From the NCBI GenBank assembly GCA_964618005.1, contig CAZTZM010000095.1:1-52702 (forward strand): a DNA stretch of 52,702 nucleotides, in the 5' to 3' direction. Shown in pieces: positions 44,293-52,702 of this stretch. Origin of the DNA: an uncultured Myxococcales bacterium (GTDB taxonomy: Bacteria > Myxococcota_A > Polyangia > Fen-1088). A model generated the notes under the pieces. The model saw nothing but the letters and a program-made list of their open reading frames with translations. It did not search any database and was not told the DNA's origin. Each line of letters opens with the position of its first letter. Positions within the stretch are counted from its first letter, which is position 1. The position numbers and the translations under genes are program-made.

Positions 44293-45378
44293 TCAGTGAC
44301 CCGGCCCTCCCGCCTCACACCCCAGGATGAGACGGCCAATCCGAGCGTTGAAGTTCTCCGTGAACCAGATGTTGCCGTCTGGACCGGGGGTGATGCCAAA
44401 CGACGCCGCCCCGCTGGTCGGGATGTCGAAGGTGGTGAGCGCTTCCCGGGGCGTCACCTGGCCGATGTAATTCAGGGGCTGGACGAAGTAGGTCGTGAAA
44501 TACATCTTCCCGTCGGGTCCGGCGGTGATCGCGATCGGCATGTTGCTGGGCGGGTCTGGCTGGGTGGTGTCGCTGTCAGGCAGCTGAACCACCGTGCTTG
44601 TGACACCGTCCATCGCGATCCGACCGATGGCGTTCTCGCCCGGCAAGCCGCCGCCTTGCGTGTACCAGATCGCGCGGTCCGGCCCCACCGCCAGACCTTC
44701 GATCCCGCCCTGCGTGGCCACCGGGAACGCGGTGATCACCCCTCTTCGCGTCACCCGGTAGAAGGACGGGGCGCTGTCGGCGCCGCGAGAAAACCAAAGG
44801 TTGCCGTCCGGACCCGCAACCAAGCGGTCACCGGAGCTCCCGAACTCATCGGGGATCGGGAACACCGTCGTGCTTCCGTCGATCGCGACCCGCACCAGGG
44901 ACTCGGCCCCCAGCACCCAGACCGCGTCGTCGGGACCGGCCGCGAGATCGGCAAAGAACCCCAGGGCTGGGATCGGGATCTGCACGACATCGCCGGTGCG
45001 AGGTGACAGGCGCGCAACGCCCGTGCCGGTCCCGAACCAGAGGTGGCGGTCGGGCCCGACGACGATCCGGAACGCTGTCGTGGGAACCGGGACCAGCGAG
45101 GTGGTGTGGGTCTCCGGGGACATCCGGGCGAGGTACGCGAACCCGGTGGTGAACCAGAGCTGACCGTCCGGACCCGTGACGATCTGCTGCGGGAAGACGG
45201 GCCCCTGCGGAAAAGTCGGGATCTGAAATTCCCGGATCTGCCCCCGACTCGGCGCGGGCAGACCAGCGGCGAGCTCCGCGCCGACGGACACCGGAGCGGA
45301 GGCTGGCTCGGCGCCGCAGGCCGGCGCCAAGACCATGAGCAACAAGAGCTGACGCGTGACGATCCGATTCCAGACCAT
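44293..45378 (-). CDS. Vgb (virginiamycin B lyase)-like beta-propeller repeat lipoprotein
   Basis: Repeated GPDG.LWFT / GPD..IW motifs (TGPDGQLWFTT, AGPDGNLWFS, VGPDRAIWYT, PGPDGNIWFTE). I prefer the start at MVWNRIVTRQLLLLMVLAPAC (45378). Confidence 0.75.
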   Translation of the reverse strand: MVWNRIVTRQLLLLMVLAPACGAEPASAPVSVGAELAAGLPAPSRGQIREFQIPTFPQGPVFPQQIVTGPDGQLWFTTGFAYLARMSPETHTTSLVPVPTTAFRIVVGPDRHLWFGTGTGVARLSPRTGDVVQIPIPALGFFADLAAGPDDAVWVLGAESLVRVAIDGSTTVFPIPDEFGSSGDRLVAGPDGNLWFSRGADSAPSFYRVTRRGVITAFPVATQGGIEGLAVGPDRAIWYTQGGGLPGENAIGRIAMDGVTSTVVQLPDSDTTQPDPPSNMPIAITAGPDGKMYFTTYFVQPLNYIGQVTPREALTTFDIPTSGAASFGITPGPDGNIWFTENFNARIGRLILGCEAGGPGH

Positions 45379-45769
45379 GGGCTCCTCCGGATTCAAATGG
45401 TTGGTTGATTGACGCGCTGACCGTATGGACACCGCGATCCCGCCCGGCCAGGGCGCGACGCGGCCGCGATCAAGAAATCGGGCGCCGGCTCAGTCGGTGA
45501 CCGTATCGATCTCGAACACGACGGGGCCGGCATCGACGAAGGTCCCCGCCGCCCGCGGCCAGCGCCGCGCAGAGCCCCCAGTCCCGTATCCCCGTCCTCC
45601 GAGAGTCGTTCATCTCGCCACTCCTCGATTCGCCCGTTCCGCGCGCCCGCAGAAAACGGATGACCCCGGATTTATTTCACGCGGAGGTGATCGCTCCTGT
45701 CGCGCGAGTGGTCCCGTCACGTCAGAAGACACAAAACCGCGCAAGCCTCTGGTAGGGTGGCACCGGACA

Positions 45770-46552
45770 TTGAAGTCGTTCCTGATACTGGTCGTCCTCT
45801 CGGCCGCGGGACTTGCCGGCGTCCTCTACTGGCGGCGGTCGCTCCAGGCGCCCAAGGCGCCGGTCGCTGCGGCCGGCGCGCCCGCCAAGGAGGGCAAGGA
45901 CCGTCATCGCCGGCGGCGGCACGGCGCGCGGCGGCTGGCGCGCAACGAGACCTTCGTGGCGTCGGCGCCGCCGAGCGAAGCATCACCGGGCCAGGACACC
46001 GGCCCTGGCCTCGCTCCTCCGCCGCCGGCCGAGGAGCGCGCGCCGCTGGCGCCGGGCGGCGCCGCGACGACCGAGACGGCGCCCTCGGATGTCTTCGACC
46101 CGATCTCGCAGCCGTCACAGGCGCCGAGCGGTGGCCGCCGTCAGGCCGTGGCCGAGCCTGAACCCGTCAAGCTGCGCCCTGGCGATCTCAAGATCGTCTG
46201 GCAGGGCGAGGACCTGTCGCGGGCCGAGAACCAGCGGCTCGACCTCTCGAAGGACGCCGTCGGGCACGAGCTGTCGCAGGACGAGATCGACGGGCGCTTC
46301 CGGACGAAGGAGGACGCCGTGCTGGGGTGCATCGCGCGCGCGCGGCCGGACGAGTACACCGACGTCCCGGGGCGCGTCTCCGTGAGGCTCCGCATAATGC
46401 GCACGGGCGCCGTGAAGGGCGTGCAGGTCGAGGCGCCGGTCATTCTGCACAAGGGCGGCCTTACCGGCTGCATCAAGGGTGTCGTGGGCGGCCTGCGCTT
46501 CCCTGCGTCGGACTCCAATCAGGTCGTCACGTTTCCGTTTTCGCTGATGTAG
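45770..46552 (+). CDS. Membrane-anchored protein with an AgmX/PglI-type C-terminal domain
   Basis: TM helix (SFLILVVLSAAGLAGVLYW), a Pro/Ala-rich linker, then a C-terminus with LSQDEIDGRFRTKEDAVLGCI...GRVSVRLRIMRTGAVKGVQVEAP...GCIKGVVGGLRFP. The start (TTG 45770) is uncertain. Confidence 0.55.
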   Translation: MKSFLILVVLSAAGLAGVLYWRRSLQAPKAPVAAAGAPAKEGKDRHRRRRHGARRLARNETFVASAPPSEASPGQDTGPGLAPPPPAEERAPLAPGGAATTETAPSDVFDPISQPSQAPSGGRRQAVAEPEPVKLRPGDLKIVWQGEDLSRAENQRLDLSKDAVGHELSQDEIDGRFRTKEDAVLGCIARARPDEYTDVPGRVSVRLRIMRTGAVKGVQVEAPVILHKGGLTGCIKGVVGGLRFPASDSNQVVTFPFSLM

Positions 46553-47774
46553 CGGCGTCGCACTCCGCGATCCGGCGGGCCAGGAACCGGCGCTCGGGCT
46601 CATTGCGCGCCAGGGCGTGGGCGCGCCGATAGCTCGCGGCCGCCTCCGCCCGGCGGCCGAGCCGCCGCAGCAGATCGGCGCGCGCCGCGTGCCACAGGTG
46701 GTAGTCGCCGAGCGCTTCGGCCAGCTCCTCGACCAGCGTCAGGCCGGTCGCGGGACCCTCGGCCATCGCGACGGCCACCGCGCGATTCAACGCCGTCACC
46801 GGCGAGGGCGCCACCTCTTGCAGGCGGCGATAGAGCGCGGCGATCTGCGGCCAGTCGGTCTCCGCGGCCACGGCGGCCTCGGCGTGGACGGCGGCGATCG
46901 CGGCCTCCAGCCCGTATGGCCCGGCAGCGCCGAACCGGAGCGCGCGCACGACCAGATCGATCCCCTCGGCGATCGCGGCCCGGTCCCAGCGCGCGCGGTC
47001 CTGATCCGCCAGCAGGATCAGATCGCCGGCGGCGTCTGTCCGCGCGTCGCGCCGCGAATCGACCAGCAGCATCAACGCCAGCAGCGCCAGCGCCTCCGAG
47101 GGCGGCGGCCGCAGCAGCGCGCACAGCAACCGCGCCAGGCGGATCGCCTCGGCGCACAGCTCGCGACGGACCAGCGCCTCACCCTGCGCCGCCGCATAGC
47201 CCTCGTTGAAGATCAGGTACAGCACCGTCATGACGGCCTCGGTGCGGGCGGAGAGCTCGGCCTGGCTTGGATCGGCGTAGGGAATTCCCGCCTCGCGGAT
47301 CTTCGCCTTGGCGCGCACCAGCCGCTGCGCCATCGTGACGCTGGGCAGAAGGAAGGTCCGGGCGATCTCCTCGGTCGTGAGGCCGCCGACCGTGCGCAGG
47401 GTCAGCGCCACCTGCGCCTCGAGGGGCAGCGCGGGATGGCAGCAGGTGAAGATCAGGCGCAGGCGTTCGTCGGGCACGGTGAGATCCAAGGCAGAATCGG
47501 CCGCTGGCGGATCGCCGTCCGACTCCCGCGCGAGCTCCGCCAGCTTGCCCGTCAGGATCCGCTCGCGGCGCAGCCGATCGAGCGCGCGGTGGCGCGCGGT
47601 CGCGTACAACCAACCGCGGGCGTTCTCGGGCGCGGCGGCGGTCCACTCCGCCGCCGCGGCGGCGAACGCCTCCTGCAACGCCTCCTCGGCGAGATCGAAG
47701 TCGCCGAACGACCGGATGAGGGCGGCCAGCAGCCGCCCCCACTCCGCCCGGTAAAGGCGACCGAGATCGATCAC
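46527..47774 (-). CDS. ECF sigma factor with a long C-terminal (TPR-like/DUF6596-type) extension
   Basis: LAEEALQEAF (region 2), GWLYATARHRALDRLRRE, and LTTEEIARTFLLPSVTMAQRLVRAKAKI (region 4 HTH). The GTG start overlaps the YciI stop (GTGA). Confidence 0.8.
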   Translation of the reverse strand: MIDLGRLYRAEWGRLLAALIRSFGDFDLAEEALQEAFAAAAAEWTAAAPENARGWLYATARHRALDRLRRERILTGKLAELARESDGDPPAADSALDLTVPDERLRLIFTCCHPALPLEAQVALTLRTVGGLTTEEIARTFLLPSVTMAQRLVRAKAKIREAGIPYADPSQAELSARTEAVMTVLYLIFNEGYAAAQGEALVRRELCAEAIRLARLLCALLRPPPSEALALLALMLLVDSRRDARTDAAGDLILLADQDRARWDRAAIAEGIDLVVRALRFGAAGPYGLEAAIAAVHAEAAVAAETDWPQIAALYRRLQEVAPSPVTALNRAVAVAMAEGPATGLTLVEELAEALGDYHLWHAARADLLRRLGRRAEAAASYRRAHALARNEPERRFLARRIAECDAATSAKTET

Positions 47775-48115
47775 GCGAAGGTCATGATCGGTCGAATCTC
47801 GACGCTGCCGTGGCGCGCCGCCGGGATCTTCCCGGCCATGGCGATCGCGTGGTCCAGGTCGGGCGCCTCGATCAAGTAGAAGCCGCCGAGCTGCTCCTTG
47901 GTCTCGGCGAACGGACCGTCGGTGACCAGGCGTTTGCCGTCGCGCACCCGGACCGTGGTGGCCGTCTTCGTCGCCTTCAGGGCGTTCCCGCCCTGGATCT
48001 CGGCCGCGAACTCCTTGCTGAACTTGCCGTACTCCTCCATTTCCTTGGGGTCGTAACCGTTCTCCCAGCGCTTCTCGTTCTCGTAGGTCAACAGCAGGTA
48101 CTTCATGGTCGTCAC
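47771..48115 (-). CDS. YciI/DGPF-family protein
   Basis: MKYLLLTYENE...VTDGPFAETKEQLGGFYLIEAPDLDHAIAMA is the canonical YCII pattern. Confidence 0.85.
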   Translation of the reverse strand: MTTMKYLLLTYENEKRWENGYDPKEMEEYGKFSKEFAAEIQGGNALKATKTATTVRVRDGKRLVTDGPFAETKEQLGGFYLIEAPDLDHAIAMAGKIPAARHGSVEIRPIMTFA

Positions 48116-48268
48116 CTTTCTGGGGCCAGCCGGCCCTCACGCTCTCACCAGAAAGGCGAACGGGCGACCGCGAAATCGACACCCGAGACAAAAAAGTCTC
48201 GGCATGACGCCTGACCTTCTGCGAGAGCACGACGAGAAGGCCAACGACAAGGCCACGTCAGCTGGCGC

Positions 48269-48664
48269 TCAGCTTCGAATCCAGTTCTCGATCCAAAGAC
48301 CCTGTATTCGCTCGTAGTGTCTCCTGTTGCCGGTGACGATGGTCGCGCCGTGCGCGCCGGCGGTCGCGCCGATCAACAGGTCCGCGTCGGCCAAACGACG
48401 CCCGCCGCGTTCCAGGAGCGCCTTTGCCTCGCCGAAGATCTGCGCAGCCGCGTCGTTCAGGCCGAGCACGTCCAGCGTCGACAGGAAGGCGCGGACCAGA
48501 TCCCGGTTGGCCTCGGGGGCCGAGGATTTCGCGGCACCGAAATACAGCTCCGCGGCGGTGATCCAGGTCGTGACGACCTGATCGTCGGTGGCGGCGCGGC
48601 GGGCGATCACCGCCTCATTGCCGCGCAGGAGGGCGACGCAGGTGTCCGTGTCCAGCAGCCTCAA
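48269..48664 (-). CDS. vapC: PIN-domain VapC toxin
   Basis: MRLLDTDTCVALL (first acidic residues), AELYFGA, and DLLIGATAGAHGATIVTGNRRHY (the third and fourth PIN motifs). Confidence 0.9.
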   Translation of the reverse strand: MRLLDTDTCVALLRGNEAVIARRAATDDQVVTTWITAAELYFGAAKSSAPEANRDLVRAFLSTLDVLGLNDAAAQIFGEAKALLERGGRRLADADLLIGATAGAHGATIVTGNRRHYERIQGLWIENWIRS

Positions 48665-48942
48665 AGCGCGACCTTGCGCCCGCGAGACCGACGCTGCATC
48701 AGCCCCCGCCCCTCCGTCGCCGCGTCGACCTCGGCCTGCCAGCGCCCCGCCAGTCGCCGCCAGGCCGCCACCTGCGCCGCGGCCTCTTCTGCGGCGCGCG
48801 TCGGCCGCCCTGCCCCGCTCCGCAAAGCCGCGCCCAGCAGGTGAATCGCTTCCTGGTTGAGGCTTCGCCGGTCGGCCTCAGCCGCTTGCCGGAGGTCGCG
48901 GAGCAAGTCTTCCGGAAGGTTCTTGAGCGTCAGCGCCGGCAT
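48661..48942 (-). CDS. vapB: RHH (Arc/MetJ-like) VapB-type antitoxin (93 aa)
   Basis: MPALTLKNLPEDLLRDLRQAAEADRRSLNQEAIHLL is a ribbon-helix-helix pattern. 4-nt overlap with vapC. This is only the 3' end of track ORF 48661-50244. Confidence 0.8.
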   Translation of the reverse strand: MPALTLKNLPEDLLRDLRQAAEADRRSLNQEAIHLLGAALRSGAGRPTRAAEEAAAQVAAWRRLAGRWQAEVDAATEGRGLMQRRSRGRKVAL

Positions 48943-48969
48943 CTTCCCACCCGCAACTGCAACCGTTCT

Positions 48970-48986
48970 GGAACCATTATGGTTCC
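48970..48986. promoter_or_regulatory. Inverted repeat GGAACCAT-T-ATGGTTCC upstream of vapB; candidate operator
   Basis: Read directly. 8-bp arms, ~28 nt upstream of the vapB ATG. Confidence 0.5.
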
Positions 48987-49272
48987 GTGGTCCGGGTCCG
49001 GTCAAGCGCGCGCGCCTGATCCGGATGGCGTTATCCGTCACGTGCGCGGGCCGCTGGGGGTCATGTCTTTCCTTTCTCGGCGCCCTGGGCCTGGCCGGTT
49101 GCGGAGCCTCGGGCGGTGGGACCCACACGGCCGGCCAAGGCGGGTCGACCGGTTCGACCAGCACGGGCGGCGCGTTCTTCATGAGCCTGGATTGAGACGG
49201 CGGCCGCCGCGCCTCGAACAATACGGAGTTCCCTGACTGGCCCTTCTGCCGGGCGTCGCTACGGTCTCGGCC

Positions 49273-50259
49273 ATGTCGCACCACTACTCGGGGCCCAACG
49301 TTTCGTTTCCGCGCGGCGACGCGCGCCTCGACTTCACCGATCTGTACGCCTTTCCCAAGCCAGGGGACGCGGGCCGGTCGATCCTCATCATGGACTTTCA
49401 CCCTTCGGCCAGCATCGATCCGCCCGGGCAGACGACCGACGAGCCGTTCTCGACGGCGGCGCTGTACGAGCTGCGGATCGACACGAACGGAGACTTCGTC
49501 GCCGACATCACCTACCAGCTGCGCTTCGCGGCTTCGAAGGGCGGGCAGACCGCGACGTTGCGCCTGTTCGAGGGCGCGCAGCCGACCGGAAACACCGCGG
49601 GCGGGCGCGTTCTGGCCGAAGGCGTTCGGGTGTCGATGGGGCCGGAGGCGCCGGTCGCGCAAGCGGGCGATCTCCGTTTCTTCGTCGGCCGGCGCAGCGA
49701 TCCGTTCTTCTTCGATGTCCTGGGCGTGGTCCGCAACTTCCAGTTCACCGAAGAGGACTTCTTCGCGGACAAGGACATTTGCAGCGTCGTGTTCGACGTG
49801 CCCAACTCCGTGCTGGGGTCCAAGGAGGTCAACCTCTGGGCCCGAACGCTGGTCCCGGCCGACGGCGCGGGCGCGGGCTGGGTGCAGGCGGATCGGGGGG
49901 CGAAACCCTCGCAGACGCCCTTTCTCTCGGGCGAGAACAACGAGGGCTACCGCACCGCCGAGCCGGCGCAGGACAAGCAGTTCGTCGCCATGTTCGCGCA
50001 CGCGCTGGAGCACACGGGCGGCTACGCGCCCGACGCCGCCAAGCGAACGGCCGAGACGTTGTTGCCGGACGTGATGCGCTATGACCCGCGGCGCCCGGCC
50101 TCCTTCCCGGCCAACGGCCGGGCGCTGACCGATGACGTCAGCGACTACTTCCTGGGCATTCTCACCAACGGAAAGATCAAGACCGATGGGGTGGGACCAC
50201 ACGGCGACCTGCTGGCCGACTTTCCGTACCTGGGGCCACCCCACAGACCGCTGGCCTAG
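49273..50259 (+). CDS. DUF4331-family protein
   Basis: MSHHYSGPNVSFPRGDARLDFTDLYAFP is the characteristic DUF4331 N-terminus. Confidence 0.8.
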   Translation: MSHHYSGPNVSFPRGDARLDFTDLYAFPKPGDAGRSILIMDFHPSASIDPPGQTTDEPFSTAALYELRIDTNGDFVADITYQLRFAASKGGQTATLRLFEGAQPTGNTAGGRVLAEGVRVSMGPEAPVAQAGDLRFFVGRRSDPFFFDVLGVVRNFQFTEEDFFADKDICSVVFDVPNSVLGSKEVNLWARTLVPADGAGAGWVQADRGAKPSQTPFLSGENNEGYRTAEPAQDKQFVAMFAHALEHTGGYAPDAAKRTAETLLPDVMRYDPRRPASFPANGRALTDDVSDYFLGILTNGKIKTDGVGPHGDLLADFPYLGPPHRPLA

Positions 50260-50264
50260 GAGGC

Positions 50265-52625
50265 CTAGGCGGGCTCGAAGCGCGCGCCGCCGGACGGCGT
50301 GGAGCCGGTAACGTCCAGAACGAGGCGCCCCGGAACCTGGGAGCCGCCTGGGCGCGCCCAGTCCGTCTTGCGGGTCTTGCCCTTCGTGACCAGGTCGCGG
50401 AGCTGGGCCTCCGTGAGGCGCTTTCCGGCGGACTCGAACCAGACGACGAAGGAGCAGCCCTCACGCCAGCGGGAGCACCCCCACCCGCGCTTGCCCGCGA
50501 TCAACGATCCCTGCTTGCAGCGCGGGCAGGTCAGCGACGGAGAGCTCTTCGCGGCGACGCCCTTCGGGGCGACGCCCTTCGTGGGGGCGCCGTTCGTTGC
50601 GATGCCCTTCGCGGGCGACCTCCGGATCGCCTCCACCACGTCGCCGACGTACGTCGCGATGTCGCGCATGAAGGCAGCGCGCGTCTCCTGGCCACGGGCG
50701 ACGCGCGCCAGGCGTGCCTCCCAGGACCCGGTCAGCTCGGGCGACGCCAGGCTGGCGACCGGCAACCCCTCGATGAGCGCTATCCCCATCGCCGTGGGGA
50801 CGATCTGCTTTCCCTGGCGGGCGACAAAATTGCGCCGAACCAGCGTCTCGATCGTCGCGGCGCGGGTCGCCGGCGTGCCCAGGCCCGTGTCGCGCATCGC
50901 GGCGCGCAGCGCCTCGTCCTCGATCTCGCGCCCGGCGTACTCCATCGCGCCCAGCAGCGTCGCCTCGGTGTGGCGAGGCGGCGGCTTGGTCGCCTTGGCG
51001 AGACTCTCGAACTTGCCGTCCAGGCGCTGCCCTTCGGCCAGGGGCGGCAGCGTCGAGGTCGGGTCGCTCTCCGCCTCCGGGTCCTTGTCGCGCGAGCGGC
51101 CCGCGCGCTCGCCCTCGCCGCCCGTTCCGATCTGGGCGACCTCCTGCCAGCCCGCCACCAGCCGGACGCGGCCACGCGCCAGGAACCGATCGGGCGGCGG
51201 CGGCAGCGCGGCCAGCACCGTCTCGTCGGGCGCGGCGACGCTGTCCACGGCGGTCGCCGGGGCGGATGCCGGCGCGCCGCCCGCGGTGCCGACGCGAACG
51301 ACGACGTCGGTGAGGGCAAACTCGGCGTCCGGATAGAACACGCCCAGAAAGCGCCGCGCCACCAGATCGAACACCCGCCGCTCGTCCACGTCGAGCGCGC
51401 CCAGGTCGGCGGCCTTGCCGGTGGGAATGATGGCGTGGTGGTCGCTGACCTTGGCGTCGTCGAACACGCGCTTCGATTTCGGCGGCGGCGCATCGATCAG
51501 CGCGCGCGCGAACGGCGCGTAGGCGGGGATCTGCGCCAGCCCCCCGAACAGCTTCGGCATCTCGCCGGCCAGATCATTGGAGAGGTGACGCGCATCGGTG
51601 CGCGGATAGGTCAGCAGCTTGTGGCGTTCGTACAGAGCCTGCGCCACCTCCAGCGTGCGCGTGGCGCTGAGCCCGAAGCGCCGGTTCGCCGTCCGCTGCA
51701 GCGAGGTCAGGTCGAACAGCTGCGGCGCCGGCTCCCGCGACTTCTTCTGGCGCAGGCTCTCGACGATCGGGCCCGCCGGATCCGCCGACGCCCGCGCGAC
51801 CAGCTCGGCCGCCAGCGCCTCGGTCCCGAGCCGGCTGGCGGTGGTCTTCGCGCCCGCGGCGCTCGGCGTCGCCCAGATCGCGTTGAACGCCGCGCCCTCC
51901 GTCGAGAAGACGCCCCGCACCTCCCAGTAGTCTTGCGGCCGGAACGACAGGATCGCCTGCTCGCGCTTGACCACGATGGCCAGCGTCGGCGTCTGGACCC
52001 GACCGATCGAATAGACGGGCGAGCGCGCGGCGTTCGCCTTCCCGCCCCGCGGCCCGGGCGTCCGGGGCGCGGGCGTCTGGTCGCGTTTCGTCACCGTGAC
52101 CGCGCGGGTGGCGTTCATGCCGACCAGCCAGTCAGCCTCCGACCGGCAGCGCGCGGCGTCGGCCAGCGCGTCGTACTCGGCGCCCGGCCGCAGCCCCGCG
52201 AACCCGCGCGATATCGCCTCGTCGGTCATCGACGAGATCCAGAGCCGCCGCACCGGCAGCCGGCTACCGGCGATGTCGTACACATAGCGGAAGATCAGCT
52301 CGCCCTCGCGGCCGGCGTCGCAGGCGTTCACGACCTCGGTGAAGCGCCGATCGCCAAGCAGCTCGCGCACGGCGCGGAGCTGGTCACGCGTGCTCTCGAC
52401 CGCGCGGACCTTGAAGGTCGCCGGGATCATCGGCAGCGCGTCGAGCCGCCACGACTTCCAGGCGGCGTTGTACGACGCCGGCTCGTCCAGCTCGACCAGG
52501 TGACCGATGCACCAGGTGATCGTCCGCCGCGCGTCGCCGATCGCGTTGCGCCCGGCGCCCCGCACGCCCAGGACCCGCGCCAGATCGCGGGCGACGGACG
52601 GCTTCTCGGCGATCACCAGCTGCAT
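50265..52625 (-). CDS. topB: DNA topoisomerase III with a C-terminal zinc-ribbon
   Basis: MQLVIAEKPSVARDLA (Toprim start), CDAGREGE, the LTYPRTDARHL active-site Tyr region, and the C-terminal CPRCKQGSL...GCSRWREGC. Confidence 0.9.
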   Translation of the reverse strand: MQLVIAEKPSVARDLARVLGVRGAGRNAIGDARRTITWCIGHLVELDEPASYNAAWKSWRLDALPMIPATFKVRAVESTRDQLRAVRELLGDRRFTEVVNACDAGREGELIFRYVYDIAGSRLPVRRLWISSMTDEAISRGFAGLRPGAEYDALADAARCRSEADWLVGMNATRAVTVTKRDQTPAPRTPGPRGGKANAARSPVYSIGRVQTPTLAIVVKREQAILSFRPQDYWEVRGVFSTEGAAFNAIWATPSAAGAKTTASRLGTEALAAELVARASADPAGPIVESLRQKKSREPAPQLFDLTSLQRTANRRFGLSATRTLEVAQALYERHKLLTYPRTDARHLSNDLAGEMPKLFGGLAQIPAYAPFARALIDAPPPKSKRVFDDAKVSDHHAIIPTGKAADLGALDVDERRVFDLVARRFLGVFYPDAEFALTDVVVRVGTAGGAPASAPATAVDSVAAPDETVLAALPPPPDRFLARGRVRLVAGWQEVAQIGTGGEGERAGRSRDKDPEAESDPTSTLPPLAEGQRLDGKFESLAKATKPPPRHTEATLLGAMEYAGREIEDEALRAAMRDTGLGTPATRAATIETLVRRNFVARQGKQIVPTAMGIALIEGLPVASLASPELTGSWEARLARVARGQETRAAFMRDIATYVGDVVEAIRRSPAKGIATNGAPTKGVAPKGVAAKSSPSLTCPRCKQGSLIAGKRGWGCSRWREGCSFVVWFESAGKRLTEAQLRDLVTKGKTRKTDWARPGGSQVPGRLVLDVTGSTPSGGARFEPA

Positions 52626-52702
52626 GAACCGGTGAGTCTATCGGGTATCGGGCCTCCTGAGGTGCGTCACCTGCCTGGCGGCGCCCTGGACAACCAGGCG
52701 TC

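Noticed and set aside
45480-45610. Minus-strand reading ending ...GTFVDAGPVVFEIDTVTD* between the Vgb-like and AgmX-like genes
   Set aside because: There is no start codon in frame and the upstream part is compositionally poor, so a gene cannot be supported.
49025-49195. 57-aa ORF with a lipobox (MALSVTCAGRWGSCLSFLGALGLAGCGASGGG...STGGAFFMSLD*)
   Set aside because: It looks like the N-terminal stub of a Gly-rich lipoprotein, but it is below the size cut-off, has a poor start context and has no mature domain. It is probably a remnant or chance ORF in the vapB promoter region.

Overview
The window is high-GC (about 68-70%) and is almost certainly a chromosomal segment from a myxobacterium of the Polyangia/Sorangium type. 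Supporting signs are a MYXO-CTERM sorting tail, an AgmX/PglI-type C-terminal domain, Gly/Ser-rich lipoprotein linkers and xylanolytic enzymes. Most long ORFs in the track are antisense or off-frame shadows. I called genes only where the translation shows recognisable motifs or a clean GC3 signal.

Gene content, left to right:
- 1-4526 (minus): one operon of an addiction-module antitoxin, a ParE/RelE-like toxin, a DUF3375 (JetA/MksF-like Wadjet kleisin) protein and a SWIM-SNF2 helicase that runs off the left edge. No jetB, jetC or jetD is present.
- 4881-6274: two hypothetical genes.
- 6.3-7.8 kb: a decayed patch of gene fragments.
- 7815-8439: hicAB, with a 1-nt frameshift in hicA.
- 8610-10721: a secreted NHL beta-propeller protein.
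- 10909-14579: a second, split SWIM + SNF2 pair.
- DUF2867, then a frameshifted SGNH arylesterase.
- Flotillin plus NfeD.
- A GNAT/DUF1778-like TA.
- A bacterial XPB helicase plus DUF790 (Bax1-like nuclease) pair.
- rpoD with no canonical start codon.
- GH57.
- A xylan cluster: GH30 XynC with MYXO-CTERM, a CE15 glucuronoyl esterase and an SGNH esterase.
- An operon of RadD-like helicase, two unknown genes and YaeQ.
- DUF1223 and DoxX.
- A bufferin-type RiPP locus: a 6-Cys BufA2-like precursor, MNIO/DUF692 and DUF2063.
- RRM RNA-binding protein plus a fatty-acid desaturase.
- A Vgb-like propeller protein.
- YciI plus an ECF sigma factor.
- VapBC.
- DUF4331.
- Topoisomerase III.

No rRNA, tRNA, CRISPR array, transposase or integrase was found.

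The most interesting candidate is the orphan JetA-like gene coupled to a SWIM-SNF2 motor and a TA module.

Caveat: four genes show single-base frame or start problems (the SNF2 N-terminus, hicA, the SGNH hydrolase and the rpoD start). These could be assembly indels rather than biology.
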